From an uncultured Bacillota bacterium (lineage in GTDB: Bacteria > Bacillota_I > Bacilli_A > RF39 > UBA660): 64,000 nucleotides of DNA. The DNA lies in assembly GCA_905205665.1 (NCBI GenBank), contig CAJLEF010000005.1:25266-89265 (forward strand). The letters are read 5' to 3'. Below the pieces are notes generated by a model, which saw only the letters and a program-made list of their open reading frames with translations, was not told where the DNA came from and searched no databases. Of this stretch, positions 28,882 to 38,503 are shown in pieces. A program made the translations under genes and the position numbers. How positions within the stretch are numbered: the first letter of the stretch is position 1; each line of letters starts with the position of its first letter.

Positions 28882-30643
28882 TTTTCTTCTCCTCTCTTAC
28901 TCTGATACCGAGTTCTTTTAATTGTGTTTCAGTAAGACTACTTGGGGAACCCATTAAGTTATCCATACCAGTCGTACTTGTTGGAAATGCTTGGACTTCT
29001 CTTAAGTTTGGTTCATCTAAAAGAAGCATTAGTATTCGGTCAATTCCCGGAGCCATTCCTCCATGAGGAGGACAACCATATTGGAAAGCCGTATAAATAG
29101 AATTAAATTTTTCTTTGACTTCTTCTTTAGTATAACCAACAATTTCAAAGCCTTTAACTAAACTATCTAAATCGTGGTTTCTTATTGCCCCAGAAGCCAT
29201 TTCAAAACCATTACAAACAAAATCATATTGATAAGCTAAGATATCTAAAACATCTTTCTGTTCATAATCTTTAATACCATGATGAGGAAGACTAAATGGA
29301 TTATGACAAAAATCAATTTTTTTCTTTTCCTCGTCATATTCAAACATTGGAAAATCTTTAACAATACAAAGTTCTAATTTATTTTTATCAATTAAATTAC
29401 ATTTTTCACCAAGATAAATTCGAATTAAACTAGCGTATTTTAAAGCTAATTTAAGGTTTCGATTGGCAATGAAAAATAACACAGAATTAGGTTTCATTTG
29501 ACACTCAGAAATCAAATTTTTTCGTTCTTCTTCACTTAAAAATTTGTCAATTGGACCTTTTAAGGTATTATCATTCGTTAAAGTAAGATAACCAATACCA
29601 GGCATACCAATAGAGCTTGCATAATCTACAATTTCATTAAACCAACTATTTGATTTATCCCCAATATCAGAAACTAAAATAACCTTAATATAACTTTTTT
29701 GAAAAGGTTTAAAAGTCGTATCTTTTAAAATATTGGTAATATCTTTAATAAGTAAAGGATTTCTTAAATCAGGTTTATCTGTTCCATAATTATCCATAGC
29801 TTCTTTATAAGTTAGGCGTCTAAAAGGTTTAGGACTTACTTCTTTTTCGGAAAACTTTGTAAAGACATCATAGAAAACATCTTCTCCTAAAGAAAGAACA
29901 TCTTCTTCGGTAACATAACTCATTTCCATATCCAGTTGATAAAATTCTAGCGTTCGATCACGTCTTGCATCTTCATCTCGAAAACAAGGCGCAATTTGAA
30001 AATATTTGGAAATGCCACCAACCATTAAAAGTTCTTTATATATCTGAGGGGCTTGAGGTAAGGCATAAAATTTACCTTTAAAGTTTCTTGATGGAACTAC
30101 AAAGTCTCTAGCTCCTTCTGGACTAGAAGCCGTTAAAATAGGAGTTTGAACTTCCGTAAAACCTAAATCATACATTTTGTTACGTAGAAAATGTAAGACA
30201 TCACTACGTAATTTAAAATTCTTTTGCACTTCTTTGTTACGTAAATCTAAGTAACGATATTTTAATCTCGTATCTTCACTTACTTTTTTACTTGTTCTAA
30301 TATCAAATGGTAAAACACTTAAAGAACGACTTAAAACTTCTAAAGAAGAAACAAGAAGTTCTATTTCCCCAGTTTTTAGTTTAGGGTTATAAGTTTCTTC
30401 ACTACGATGGCGAATAACACCGCTTACTTTAATAACACTTTCTTTGCTTAGATGAGCAAACTTCGCATCATCATTAGAAACAATTTGTAATGTATCTGTG
30501 GTATCACGAAGATCTAAGAATAAAACACCGCCATGATCACGAATATTTTCAATCCAACCACTAACGGTAATTGTCTTACCAATATCTTCTTTAGTTAGAT
30601 CTTTGATTTCCCAATCACGATAAATATTTTCTTTCATAAACAT
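28874..30643 (-). CDS. aspS: Aspartyl-tRNA synthetase.
   Basis: Class II motifs FRDEDARRDR and GGMAPGIDR, with an N-terminal OB anticodon-binding domain. Confidence 0.9.
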   Translation of the reverse strand: MFMKENIYRDWEIKDLTKEDIGKTITVSGWIENIRDHGGVLFLDLRDTTDTLQIVSNDDAKFAHLSKESVIKVSGVIRHRSEETYNPKLKTGEIELLVSSLEVLSRSLSVLPFDIRTSKKVSEDTRLKYRYLDLRNKEVQKNFKLRSDVLHFLRNKMYDLGFTEVQTPILTASSPEGARDFVVPSRNFKGKFYALPQAPQIYKELLMVGGISKYFQIAPCFRDEDARRDRTLEFYQLDMEMSYVTEEDVLSLGEDVFYDVFTKFSEKEVSPKPFRRLTYKEAMDNYGTDKPDLRNPLLIKDITNILKDTTFKPFQKSYIKVILVSDIGDKSNSWFNEIVDYASSIGMPGIGYLTLTNDNTLKGPIDKFLSEEERKNLISECQMKPNSVLFFIANRNLKLALKYASLIRIYLGEKCNLIDKNKLELCIVKDFPMFEYDEEKKKIDFCHNPFSLPHHGIKDYEQKDVLDILAYQYDFVCNGFEMASGAIRNHDLDSLVKGFEIVGYTKEEVKEKFNSIYTAFQYGCPPHGGMAPGIDRILMLLLDEPNLREVQAFPTSTTGMDNLMGSPSSLTETQLKELGIRVREEKKNE

Positions 30644-30648
30644 CCTTT

Positions 30649-32013
30649 CTAGAATTCACAAGAACCTGGAACTCTTGGGTAAGCGATAACATCACGAATA
30701 TTATCAACCCCTGTTAGATAAATTAAAAGTCTTTCAAAGCCCATACCAAAACCAGAATGAACTACTGTACCGTATTTACGTAAATCGGTGTACCATTTTA
30801 ACTCTTCTGTATTCATATGAAGTTCTTCCATACGTTTTAAGAGTTTGTCATAATCTTCTTCTCTTTGGCTACCCCCCATAAGTTCACCGGATAAAGGAAC
30901 TTCTAAATCTACAGCACGAACGGTTTTACCATCTTCATTTTGTTTCATATAAAAGGCTTTAATATCTTTAGGCCAATCGGTGATGAAAACAGGACCATGG
31001 AAATATTCGGTAATAAAGGTTTCATGTTCTTTATGAATATCTTCCCCATATTCTGGCTCAAATTCCCATTTTTGATGAGCATTTTTTAAAATAGTAATAA
31101 CCTCTTCATGAGTAACACGGGTAAAAGTACTTTTAGTTAATGTTTCTAGTTTGTTAATTAAGCCATTAGAAACGAATTTATCTAAGAAAGCTAATTCATC
31201 TTTGCCATGCTCTAAAACATATGAAACAACATGTTTTAACATATCTTCTTCAATGTCCATTAACTCATCTAAATCGCAGAAAGCAATTTCTGGTTCTATC
31301 ATCCAAAATTCTGCCGCATGCGTTTTAGTATTAGAGTTTTCTGCTCTAAAAGTAGGGCCAAAGGTGTAAACCTTGGAAAAAGCAGTGGCAAAAGTTTCAG
31401 CTTCTAGTTGGCCTGATACTGTTAAAGAAGTTTGCTTACCAAAGAAATCTTTTTTATAATCTACTTCGCCTTTTATTTTATCTAAAGGTATTGTTGTTAC
31501 TTGAAACATTTCACCAGCTCCTTCACAGTCTGAAGCTGTAATTAAAGGGGCATTAAAGTAAATATAACCTCTTGTCTGAAAGTATTCATGAATGGCAAAG
31601 GCTGCTAAAGAACGAATACGAAAGACTGCTTGGAATAAATTCGCTCTTGGTCTTAAATGAGCAATACTTCTTAAAAATTCTTTACTATGTTTTTTAGGCT
31701 GTAAAGGATAATCTTTCGCACATTCTCCAAGTAAAGTGATTTTAGTAGCTTTTAATTCAATACTTTGGGTTCCTTCTCCTTTTTTTAAGATACCTTCTAC
31801 TTCAATAGAAGAACCAAAGTTAATCGTATCTACTTCTTTAAAATTTGGTAAAGTCGTATCATAGACAACTTGAAGTTTTTTAATAGAAGTGCCATCTGCT
31901 AAATCAATAAAGCCAAAATTAGAGCCATGACGATGATTACGAATCCAACCACTCACCTTTATTTCTTTATCCATTAATTTCTCTTCATCTTTATAAATAT
32001 CCATTAAATACAT
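30649..32013 (-). CDS. asnS: Asparaginyl-tRNA synthetase.
   Basis: FRAENSNTKTHAAEFWMIEPEIAF and GFGMGFERL motifs. The 454-aa length is typical of AsnS. Confidence 0.85.
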   Translation of the reverse strand: MYLMDIYKDEEKLMDKEIKVSGWIRNHRHGSNFGFIDLADGTSIKKLQVVYDTTLPNFKEVDTINFGSSIEVEGILKKGEGTQSIELKATKITLLGECAKDYPLQPKKHSKEFLRSIAHLRPRANLFQAVFRIRSLAAFAIHEYFQTRGYIYFNAPLITASDCEGAGEMFQVTTIPLDKIKGEVDYKKDFFGKQTSLTVSGQLEAETFATAFSKVYTFGPTFRAENSNTKTHAAEFWMIEPEIAFCDLDELMDIEEDMLKHVVSYVLEHGKDELAFLDKFVSNGLINKLETLTKSTFTRVTHEEVITILKNAHQKWEFEPEYGEDIHKEHETFITEYFHGPVFITDWPKDIKAFYMKQNEDGKTVRAVDLEVPLSGELMGGSQREEDYDKLLKRMEELHMNTEELKWYTDLRKYGTVVHSGFGMGFERLLIYLTGVDNIRDVIAYPRVPGSCEF

Positions 32014-32037
32014 TTTTATTCATCCCTTTCTTTTAAC

Positions 32038-32260
32038 AAAAAAACCTAAGTAATTTTATAAGGACGACTTAAAAAGCCGCGGTGCCACCTTATTTTACCT
32101 AGGTACTCTCAAAAATAGTTTTATCGGTTCAACCGTTTTAAGGATATAAAGAGTCGTTTTTCAAAAAGCATTATAAAAGCATTTACACCCACTAGCTCTC
32201 TCTTTGTTATAAATATACTTTTCTACTCGTCTCTTTCTTAAAAGACCTCTTTTATTTTAA
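32038..32260 (-). promoter_or_regulatory. T-box riboswitch leader upstream of asnS.
   Basis: The minus strand carries AAUAAGGUGGCACCGCGG, matching the T-box consensus AAUUAGGGUGGUACCGCGG. The terminator helix is CCUAGGUAA...UUACUUAGG (32045-32103) followed by a U-run (32038-44). AGAGA and GGUGUAA elements are present. A promoter TTGACG(32283-78)-18 nt-TAAAAT(32259-54) lies on the minus strand. Confidence 0.65.
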
Positions 32261-32412
32261 CCCCTTTTATAAGAAATCGTCAACATTTTTTACACCAATC
32301 ATCTAAAGAAGCACGTTTAATAGTTAATTATATTGCTTTTTTAGAATATATTAGAAATACACTAAACAACCTGCCGGATTATTTTATATTGAAATAGACT
32401 CTCAAAAAGACC

Positions 32413-33294
32413 TCATTTTCGCATCATTTTATTACGATATTCTTCTTGTAAATAAGAATTAGAAAGATGAGTGTATATTTCTGTTGTTCCCAAGTTTTCA
32501 TGTCCTAATAATTCCTGAACTGTCTTAATATCGGCTCCATTGGCAAGTAGATGAGTTGCAAAAGTATGCCTTAAAGTATGAGGCGATAAATGATGGTTGA
32601 TTCCGGAAGAAAGAGCTTTTTTTTCAATCATTTTAAAAATACTACTACGACTTAGTTTTCCTCCTCTTTGATTAACTAATAAATAATCATGGTTTTCTTT
32701 TTTTAGTAATGATGGTCGTATCGAAAGATATTTATCTAAAGCATCCTGAGCAAATTCACCATAATAAACAGTCCTGCCTTTTTGACCTTTACCTGTAACG
32801 GTGATTCTTCTATCTGATTTATATATATCTCCTATTTTAATATCTGATAATTCACTTACCCGAAGTCCTGTAGAATAAAGAAGTTCTAAAACAAGATGGC
32901 ACTCTATATCCCATGATGTGTCAAGTTTATCAAAATGCAAAAGTTTTTCTGTTTCCTCATAATTTAAAGTGTTAGGTAAAGGTTTATTTAATTTAGGATT
33001 ATGAATTTTCTCAAAAACATTATTTTCTACTACACCTTTTTGTTCTAAATAACGATAAAAACTACGAAGAGCACTTAAGTGTCTAGCAATACTTTTGTTT
33101 TTGAATTTTTCTTGATCTAACAATTTTAAATATGTTCGTACATCTTCTTTTGTTAAAGATAAATATGACAAGTTATGTTCCTTTAAAAATAAGGCAAATT
33201 CATCTAAATCTGTTTGATAAGCTAACACCGTATTAGAAGAAACCATCTTCACATCTGTCAAGTATTGTAAAAATTCTTCGACTTTATTTTTCAT
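32413..33294 (-). CDS. Tyrosine recombinase XerC/XerD family (second copy).
   Basis: C-terminal HTLRHTFATHLL...LGHENLGTTEIYTH catalytic region. Confidence 0.8.
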   Translation of the reverse strand: MKNKVEEFLQYLTDVKMVSSNTVLAYQTDLDEFALFLKEHNLSYLSLTKEDVRTYLKLLDQEKFKNKSIARHLSALRSFYRYLEQKGVVENNVFEKIHNPKLNKPLPNTLNYEETEKLLHFDKLDTSWDIECHLVLELLYSTGLRVSELSDIKIGDIYKSDRRITVTGKGQKGRTVYYGEFAQDALDKYLSIRPSLLKKENHDYLLVNQRGGKLSRSSIFKMIEKKALSSGINHHLSPHTLRHTFATHLLANGADIKTVQELLGHENLGTTEIYTHLSNSYLQEEYRNKMMRK

Positions 33295-33372
33295 TTATAT
33301 CACGTTTTAATTCTAGCATCTTTATTGTCAAATGGAAAGGTATTTGCTATAATTTTCTTAGGTGATGAAAAG

Positions 33373-34716
33373 ATGATGACAACTTTACAAATAATAGTTA
33401 ACAAAACATTGACGTTCGTTTGTAAATTATTTCATAAAAATGGCAGTCAATTTCCGGGAGCTATTAGTTACAATATGAATCAACATGTCCTAGAAAAGAT
33501 TAAATATCCTAAATATGTGATTGGTGTAACAGGTTCTAGTGGTAAGGGGACTACAACCCAAATGATTTATCATATTTTAACAGATGCTGGTTTAGATGTT
33601 AGTTATAACGCTTCTGGAAGTAACGGTATTCGGGGAATTACTACCTTAGTTTTAAATAACTGTACCCTAACTGGTAAGTTTAAACATGATGTTTTACTTT
33701 TAGAACTTGATGAAAGACACTTGCATTTAGCTTTTGGTAAAAATAAAATGACCCATCTTGTAGTAACTAATATTACTCGTGATCAACCCGCTAGAAACGG
33801 TTCTCCAGATCTTATTTATGATGCTATTTTTAATGCCATAGATGAACAAACAACGCTTATTTTAAACGCAGATGACCCAGGTCTTATGAAAGAAAAAATT
33901 AATTTTAAGGGGAAAATAGTTACTTATGGTATTAATAAGACAAAAGATTCTTATTCTAAAAAAGAAAACTTTTCAGTAGATAATGCTTACTGTCCAAAAT
34001 GTCATAAAAAACTTGTGTATTATTATTATCATTATGGTCATATTGGTTCTTATTATTGCCAAAACTGTGACTTTAAAAGAGGAAATCCTGATTATACAGC
34101 AACTAAAGTTGATTTAAAAAATAAAACAATGTTAATTAACAATAATGAGGTTTGCTTAAATAAAAATTTCTTTTTTACAGCCTATGCTACCTTAGCGGCC
34201 TATGCTCTTACAAATACTATAGGTATTAAAGAAAAACAAATTTTATATGCTTTAAATGACGACATGATTGAATCTAAAAGAGGCCATGAATATATGATTG
34301 ATAACCGACATGTTTTAATGCTTGAAAGTAAAAACGAAAATGCTTTGAGTTATTATCAGTCTTTACGATATATTGTGAATGAAGATGGTCAAAAAAGTGT
34401 TATTTTAGGTTTTGATAATGTTTCAAGAAGATATAAATTTAATGATTTAAGTTGGCTTTGGGATGTTGATTTTGAACTTCTAAATGACGATAGTATTGAA
34501 AAAATATTTTTAATTGGCCGATTTAAATGGGATGTTTTAGTAAGGCTTAAATATGCGAAGATTAAGGCTAAAAAAATCGTTCTTATTGATGATTTAAACA
34601 ATTTAATTGATACAGTAAAAAAAGAATCAATTGGTGATATTTATACAATGGTATGCTTTGATATGACAGAAATCATCAAAAAGAAAATAAAGGAGTACAA
34701 TAATGGAAACAATTAA
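33373..34716 (+). CDS. murT: Lipid II isoglutaminyl synthase subunit MurT (Mur ligase family with a C-terminal DUF1727 zinc ribbon).
   Basis: Mur ligase P-loop GVTGSSGKGTT and a Cys4 cluster CPKCHKK...CQNCDF. The reading frame starts at 33325 but the ATG at 33373 has an AGGTGA ribosome-binding site. Confidence 0.8.
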   Translation: MMTTLQIIVNKTLTFVCKLFHKNGSQFPGAISYNMNQHVLEKIKYPKYVIGVTGSSGKGTTTQMIYHILTDAGLDVSYNASGSNGIRGITTLVLNNCTLTGKFKHDVLLLELDERHLHLAFGKNKMTHLVVTNITRDQPARNGSPDLIYDAIFNAIDEQTTLILNADDPGLMKEKINFKGKIVTYGINKTKDSYSKKENFSVDNAYCPKCHKKLVYYYYHYGHIGSYYCQNCDFKRGNPDYTATKVDLKNKTMLINNNEVCLNKNFFFTAYATLAAYALTNTIGIKEKQILYALNDDMIESKRGHEYMIDNRHVLMLESKNENALSYYQSLRYIVNEDGQKSVILGFDNVSRRYKFNDLSWLWDVDFELLNDDSIEKIFLIGRFKWDVLVRLKYAKIKAKKIVLIDDLNNLIDTVKKESIGDIYTMVCFDMTEIIKKKIKEYNNGNN

Positions 34717-35434
34717 AATAGCGCATTTATATTATGATCTTATGAATTTATATGGTGAACATGGCAATGTAAGATGTTTAACTCATCATTTGGAAAGCCA
34801 TGATGTCCGTGTCATTGTTCACAATTTAAGTATTGATGATAAAATCAAATTTGATGATTATGATATTTTTTATATAGGAAGTGGTTCTAAAGAATCTTTT
34901 CTTCTTTCTTTAAATGATTTAATGAAAAGAAAAGAAGATATAATTAAGGCTTATAATAAAAATAAATTTTTCTTTGTGACCGGTAATGCCTTAGATTTCT
35001 TTGGTGAAAGTTTCACAACCGTAGATGATGTCAAATATGAAACATTAGGCTTATTTAAATATCAAAGTTATGAAACAGATTTCCGTATTGTTGGTGAACA
35101 AGTATTTGAAATGAAAGATTTAAAAGATGAGGTTATTGGTTTTGAAAATAGAAATTCTGTTTTAAAAAATGTGCATGAAAAAAATTTATTTACGATTAAA
35201 TCTGGAACAGGTTATGCTCCTAATGAAACAAAAGATGGTATTTTAAAGAAACATTTTTATGGCACTTATCTTCTAGGTCCTTTATTTATTCGTAATCCTT
35301 ATTTTACAGAAAAAATAATTAAGGAAATATTAAAGCAAAGAAAATTAGAATACAAACCTTTTGAAGATGAAATTGAAATTACTGCTTACCATGAATATCA
35401 AAAAAATTTATTAAACGAAAAAGAAGACGAATAA
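34703..35434 (+). CDS. gatD: Glutamine amidotransferase GatD (the MurT partner, CobB/CobQ-like GATase).
   Basis: 243-aa protein overlapping the murT stop. Class-I GATase-like. Confidence 0.7.
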   Translation: METIKIAHLYYDLMNLYGEHGNVRCLTHHLESHDVRVIVHNLSIDDKIKFDDYDIFYIGSGSKESFLLSLNDLMKRKEDIIKAYNKNKFFFVTGNALDFFGESFTTVDDVKYETLGLFKYQSYETDFRIVGEQVFEMKDLKDEVIGFENRNSVLKNVHEKNLFTIKSGTGYAPNETKDGILKKHFYGTYLLGPLFIRNPYFTEKIIKEILKQRKLEYKPFEDEIEITAYHEYQKNLLNEKEDE

Positions 35435-35593
35435 GTCTTCTTTTCTACTACTTAAGAGAACGTAAAACACGAATACGATAAACTGCCATAGCCTTTAAAA
35501 TAAAGGTTATAAACAGCCTCAAGGAGAATAATTTTCTCCTCAAGAAAGATACTATCATAATAAAATATATCTGTCAAAGGCAATGTCTAATTT

Positions 35594-35974
35594 TTATTTT
35601 GAATCTAAAGAATCAACTGAACAAGTAAATTCACTATTTTGATAAGTGATTTCAACATATGTTTTAGAAGAAATCTTCTCGTGTTTTCTAGGGTCTATTA
35701 AATCGTCATCACTAATAAGACCTTGTTCTAATAAGACTGTTACAGCCACATCACATTTGCCCCTAGTAATACACGTACTTCGAAGTGTTTTGCCGGCATT
35801 TAAATGAATATAACTACAAGCAGCCTTCGAAAGAGTTGCTTTAAAAAGATCATATTGTTTATCTTGTTCCTTATTTAAAATACCACTCATATTGGAGACA
35901 ATAACCATACCCAAGACACCTAAAAGAGCAATAGTAATAACTAGTTCCACCAATGTAAATCCTTTTTTATTCAT
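35594..35974 (-). CDS. Prepilin-type N-terminal cleavage/methylation domain protein (pseudopilin or ComGC-like pilin).
   Basis: MNKKG|FTLVELVITIALLGVLG has the class III signal: Gly at -1, Phe at +1 and Glu at +5. The start overlaps the psd stop (ATGA). Confidence 0.7.
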   Translation of the reverse strand: MNKKGFTLVELVITIALLGVLGMVIVSNMSGILNKEQDKQYDLFKATLSKAACSYIHLNAGKTLRSTCITRGKCDVAVTVLLEQGLISDDDLIDPRKHEKISSKTYVEITYQNSEFTCSVDSLDSK

Positions 35975-36843
35975 CTAAGTTCACCTATTTTCTGTCCACA
36001 TTTTACCACAGCCTCTTCACCATTTAAAGATTTTTCTAGTAACTTTACAGGTTCCTTTAAAGTGTCTTTCATAAAACATAGAATCACCGTAGAACCACCA
36101 AAGAAAAACATCCCCTTTTCTTCTCCTCTTTTAAACTCTTTTTGATAATGATTAACAATTTTTCCTACACCTAAAGCACCAACCTCGATATATAACACAT
36201 CTTTAAAATTTTTAGTTTCAAGAAAAGAATATTCTCTTGTATTTTCTAAATAAACATGCGTTTTCTTTAAAGCAACATCTCGAACAGTATGAAATGCGCC
36301 TTTTATTTTTTTGGCAAATAAAAGTTTGCCGTCATCAAAATAATGATATCGATGATAATGTGTTGGGATAAGGCGAAAAACATATAATAAACCATCATTA
36401 TATTCTTTAGCTAAACCATGATTTAAAATTAAATCTTCTAAAGAATAAGTTAGCCCTTTGATGTTAAATTTACTTTGAAAATTTATACGATAGGCACTTA
36501 AATAGGCGTCACACGGTGAACAAAAATCACCTGAATGATTAGAAAAAACTATTTTCTTTTTTTCTCTCGTAAAAAAATCATTAAAACTCGTATACTCTTT
36601 TTTCTTATAAGGCTTCATATCCATTTGGTTTTTTTTTATAAAACCTGGAATTATTTTTTTAGATAGTTTAGAATCATAAAACTTTCCCATTAAAGTAGTT
36701 AAACCTTTTGAAGTAATTAATGGTAGCAATTTTTGACCTAAATTATTTTCATAAAGAAAAGATAAAAATTGGTTGTTCTGATATTCTTTTACATACAAAA
36801 GTGTATCAGAGCTCCAAGAAGAACTATCCCGTAAATCACGCAT
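35971..36843 (-). CDS. psd: Phosphatidylserine decarboxylase proenzyme.
   Basis: FFGGSTVI self-cleavage (GST) motif. 290 aa. Confidence 0.8.
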   Translation of the reverse strand: MRDLRDSSSWSSDTLLYVKEYQNNQFLSFLYENNLGQKLLPLITSKGLTTLMGKFYDSKLSKKIIPGFIKKNQMDMKPYKKKEYTSFNDFFTREKKKIVFSNHSGDFCSPCDAYLSAYRINFQSKFNIKGLTYSLEDLILNHGLAKEYNDGLLYVFRLIPTHYHRYHYFDDGKLLFAKKIKGAFHTVRDVALKKTHVYLENTREYSFLETKNFKDVLYIEVGALGVGKIVNHYQKEFKRGEEKGMFFFGGSTVILCFMKDTLKEPVKLLEKSLNGEEAVVKCGQKIGELR

Positions 36844-37409
36844 ATGATTTCACCCTTTCCTTTTAAATGAGGAACTTTAAGTTTTGATATTTGCATTATG
36901 GCAACAATAATCATACTTGCTATATAAATATAAGCAAAAACGTCTGTGAAATTATGAAAAAGTAAATAAACAGTAGGAAAAATAAGCGCGGCAGGTGTCA
37001 CAGGAAGACCAGTATAATACTTTCTTGCCGTTGTTTCTTTTGTTCTTCTAATTTCTTCATCAACATTAAACCAGGCAAGACGAGAAATGGCGGTTAAAAG
37101 ATAAATTAAGCATAAAACTTGAAGCCACATGTTATCTTTAGCAATCGCAAGGCCAATAAATAAAGGCGCCGCCCCAAAGCAAATAACATCTGATAAAGAG
37201 TCTAATTGAACACCATATCTTTTAGCAAAATCAGAACGATTCTTTTTAGTCCTTGCAATCGTGCCATCTAAAGAATCGAAAAGTCCAGAGGCCATCAAGC
37301 ATAATAAACTATATAAAAGAGAACCGGACATAGAAAAATATATACTTAATATGCCACATAAAGTTCCTAAAAACGTAAATAACGTTGTATAATCAAAAAT
37401 TCCTATCAT
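36789..37409 (-). CDS. pssA: CDP-alcohol phosphatidyltransferase, probably phosphatidylserine synthase.
   Basis: D-x2-DG-x2-AR signature (DSLDGTIAR). Assigned as pssA from its position upstream of psd. Confidence 0.7.
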   Translation of the reverse strand: MIGIFDYTTLFTFLGTLCGILSIYFSMSGSLLYSLLCLMASGLFDSLDGTIARTKKNRSDFAKRYGVQLDSLSDVICFGAAPLFIGLAIAKDNMWLQVLCLIYLLTAISRLAWFNVDEEIRRTKETTARKYYTGLPVTPAALIFPTVYLLFHNFTDVFAYIYIASMIIVAIMQISKLKVPHLKGKGEIICVIYGIVLLGALIHFCM

Positions 37410-38452
37410 AAATCTACTACTCTCTTTCTTTTAATGGAATGAAATATTAAATAAACTATTGCACAAAAAATAACAAATAAATAAAAGCTTAATGTTCTCA
37501 GTAAAATCATCGCGGAAGTGGCAAGTAACGGTCCATAAACGGCTTCATTAACGGCTAATAAAAGATTTTCACTAACGACAACTCCCCCAGGGAAAGGAAC
37601 AAAATCACTGGCAAGCGTAATTCCTATTTGAACGGTAATTAAGTAAAAGATACTATAATCATGAAGTCCAAATGCTAAATAAATAATGTAACTAACACCA
37701 AGCAAAGAAAGTCTTTGAAGAATCATATAAAATAAACCTTCTAATAAAATAAGTGGTTTCTTTTTGGTAAGTTCAGCACATGCCTTATAGTCTTTCAAAG
37801 CTTTCTGAAATTCTTCTTTTTTCTTTTTTTCGTCTTTAACTAAATGAAGCTTACTTCCTAAATGAATTAATCTTAACATAAATTTAGGAAAAATTTTATG
37901 ACTATATACCATAAGTAAGAAAAGAAAAATAACCAAAATGGTCGTTACCAATCCTAATATTACTAAAATCGTAAAGACTTTATTAATTGAAAACAAAGAA
38001 TGAAAGTAAAAAGGAAACAAAATGAAAGCTAATAATATTAAGGCAATTTTATAAAGGATAGTATTAAGAAGAATGATAATACTATTAATTCGATAAGGAA
38101 TATTATCTTTATTCATTTCATACATTTCAACAGGTTGTCCTCCCATACTACTAGGAGTTATGGCTGAGAAATAGTTTTCTGTACAAACATAACCTAAAGA
38201 AGCTGATAAAGTTGTTTTTTTACCAAAATGAAACAACATTCTTTTTAAGAAAAAAGCCCCCCAAAAAGCATAAAAAAACATCAAGATAACGCCCCATAAT
38301 AAAGTGGATACATGGCAATTTTGTAAAGAAAATTTTAAAGCTTCTAAAGAATAATCTTTTAAAATAAAATAATAAGTGGCAAAAATAAGCAAGAAGAAAA
38401 ACAATATAAATAAAATATATCTCTTTTTAGACTTCACTTTTATCACCATCAT
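37406..38452 (-). CDS. MprF-like flippase-domain (UPF0104) polytopic membrane protein with no aminoacyl-PG synthase domain.
   Basis: About 8 TM segments in 348 aa. First gene of the lipid operon. Confidence 0.45.
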   Translation of the reverse strand: MMVIKVKSKKRYILFILFFFLLIFATYYFILKDYSLEALKFSLQNCHVSTLLWGVILMFFYAFWGAFFLKRMLFHFGKKTTLSASLGYVCTENYFSAITPSSMGGQPVEMYEMNKDNIPYRINSIIILLNTILYKIALILLAFILFPFYFHSLFSINKVFTILVILGLVTTILVIFLFLLMVYSHKIFPKFMLRLIHLGSKLHLVKDEKKKKEEFQKALKDYKACAELTKKKPLILLEGLFYMILQRLSLLGVSYIIYLAFGLHDYSIFYLITVQIGITLASDFVPFPGGVVVSENLLLAVNEAVYGPLLATSAMILLRTLSFYLFVIFCAIVYLIFHSIKRKRVVDL

Positions 38453-38503
38453 AATAGTAGCATAGAAAAGAAGAAAAAGCCAGATTTTAACCTGACTTTC
38501 TTT

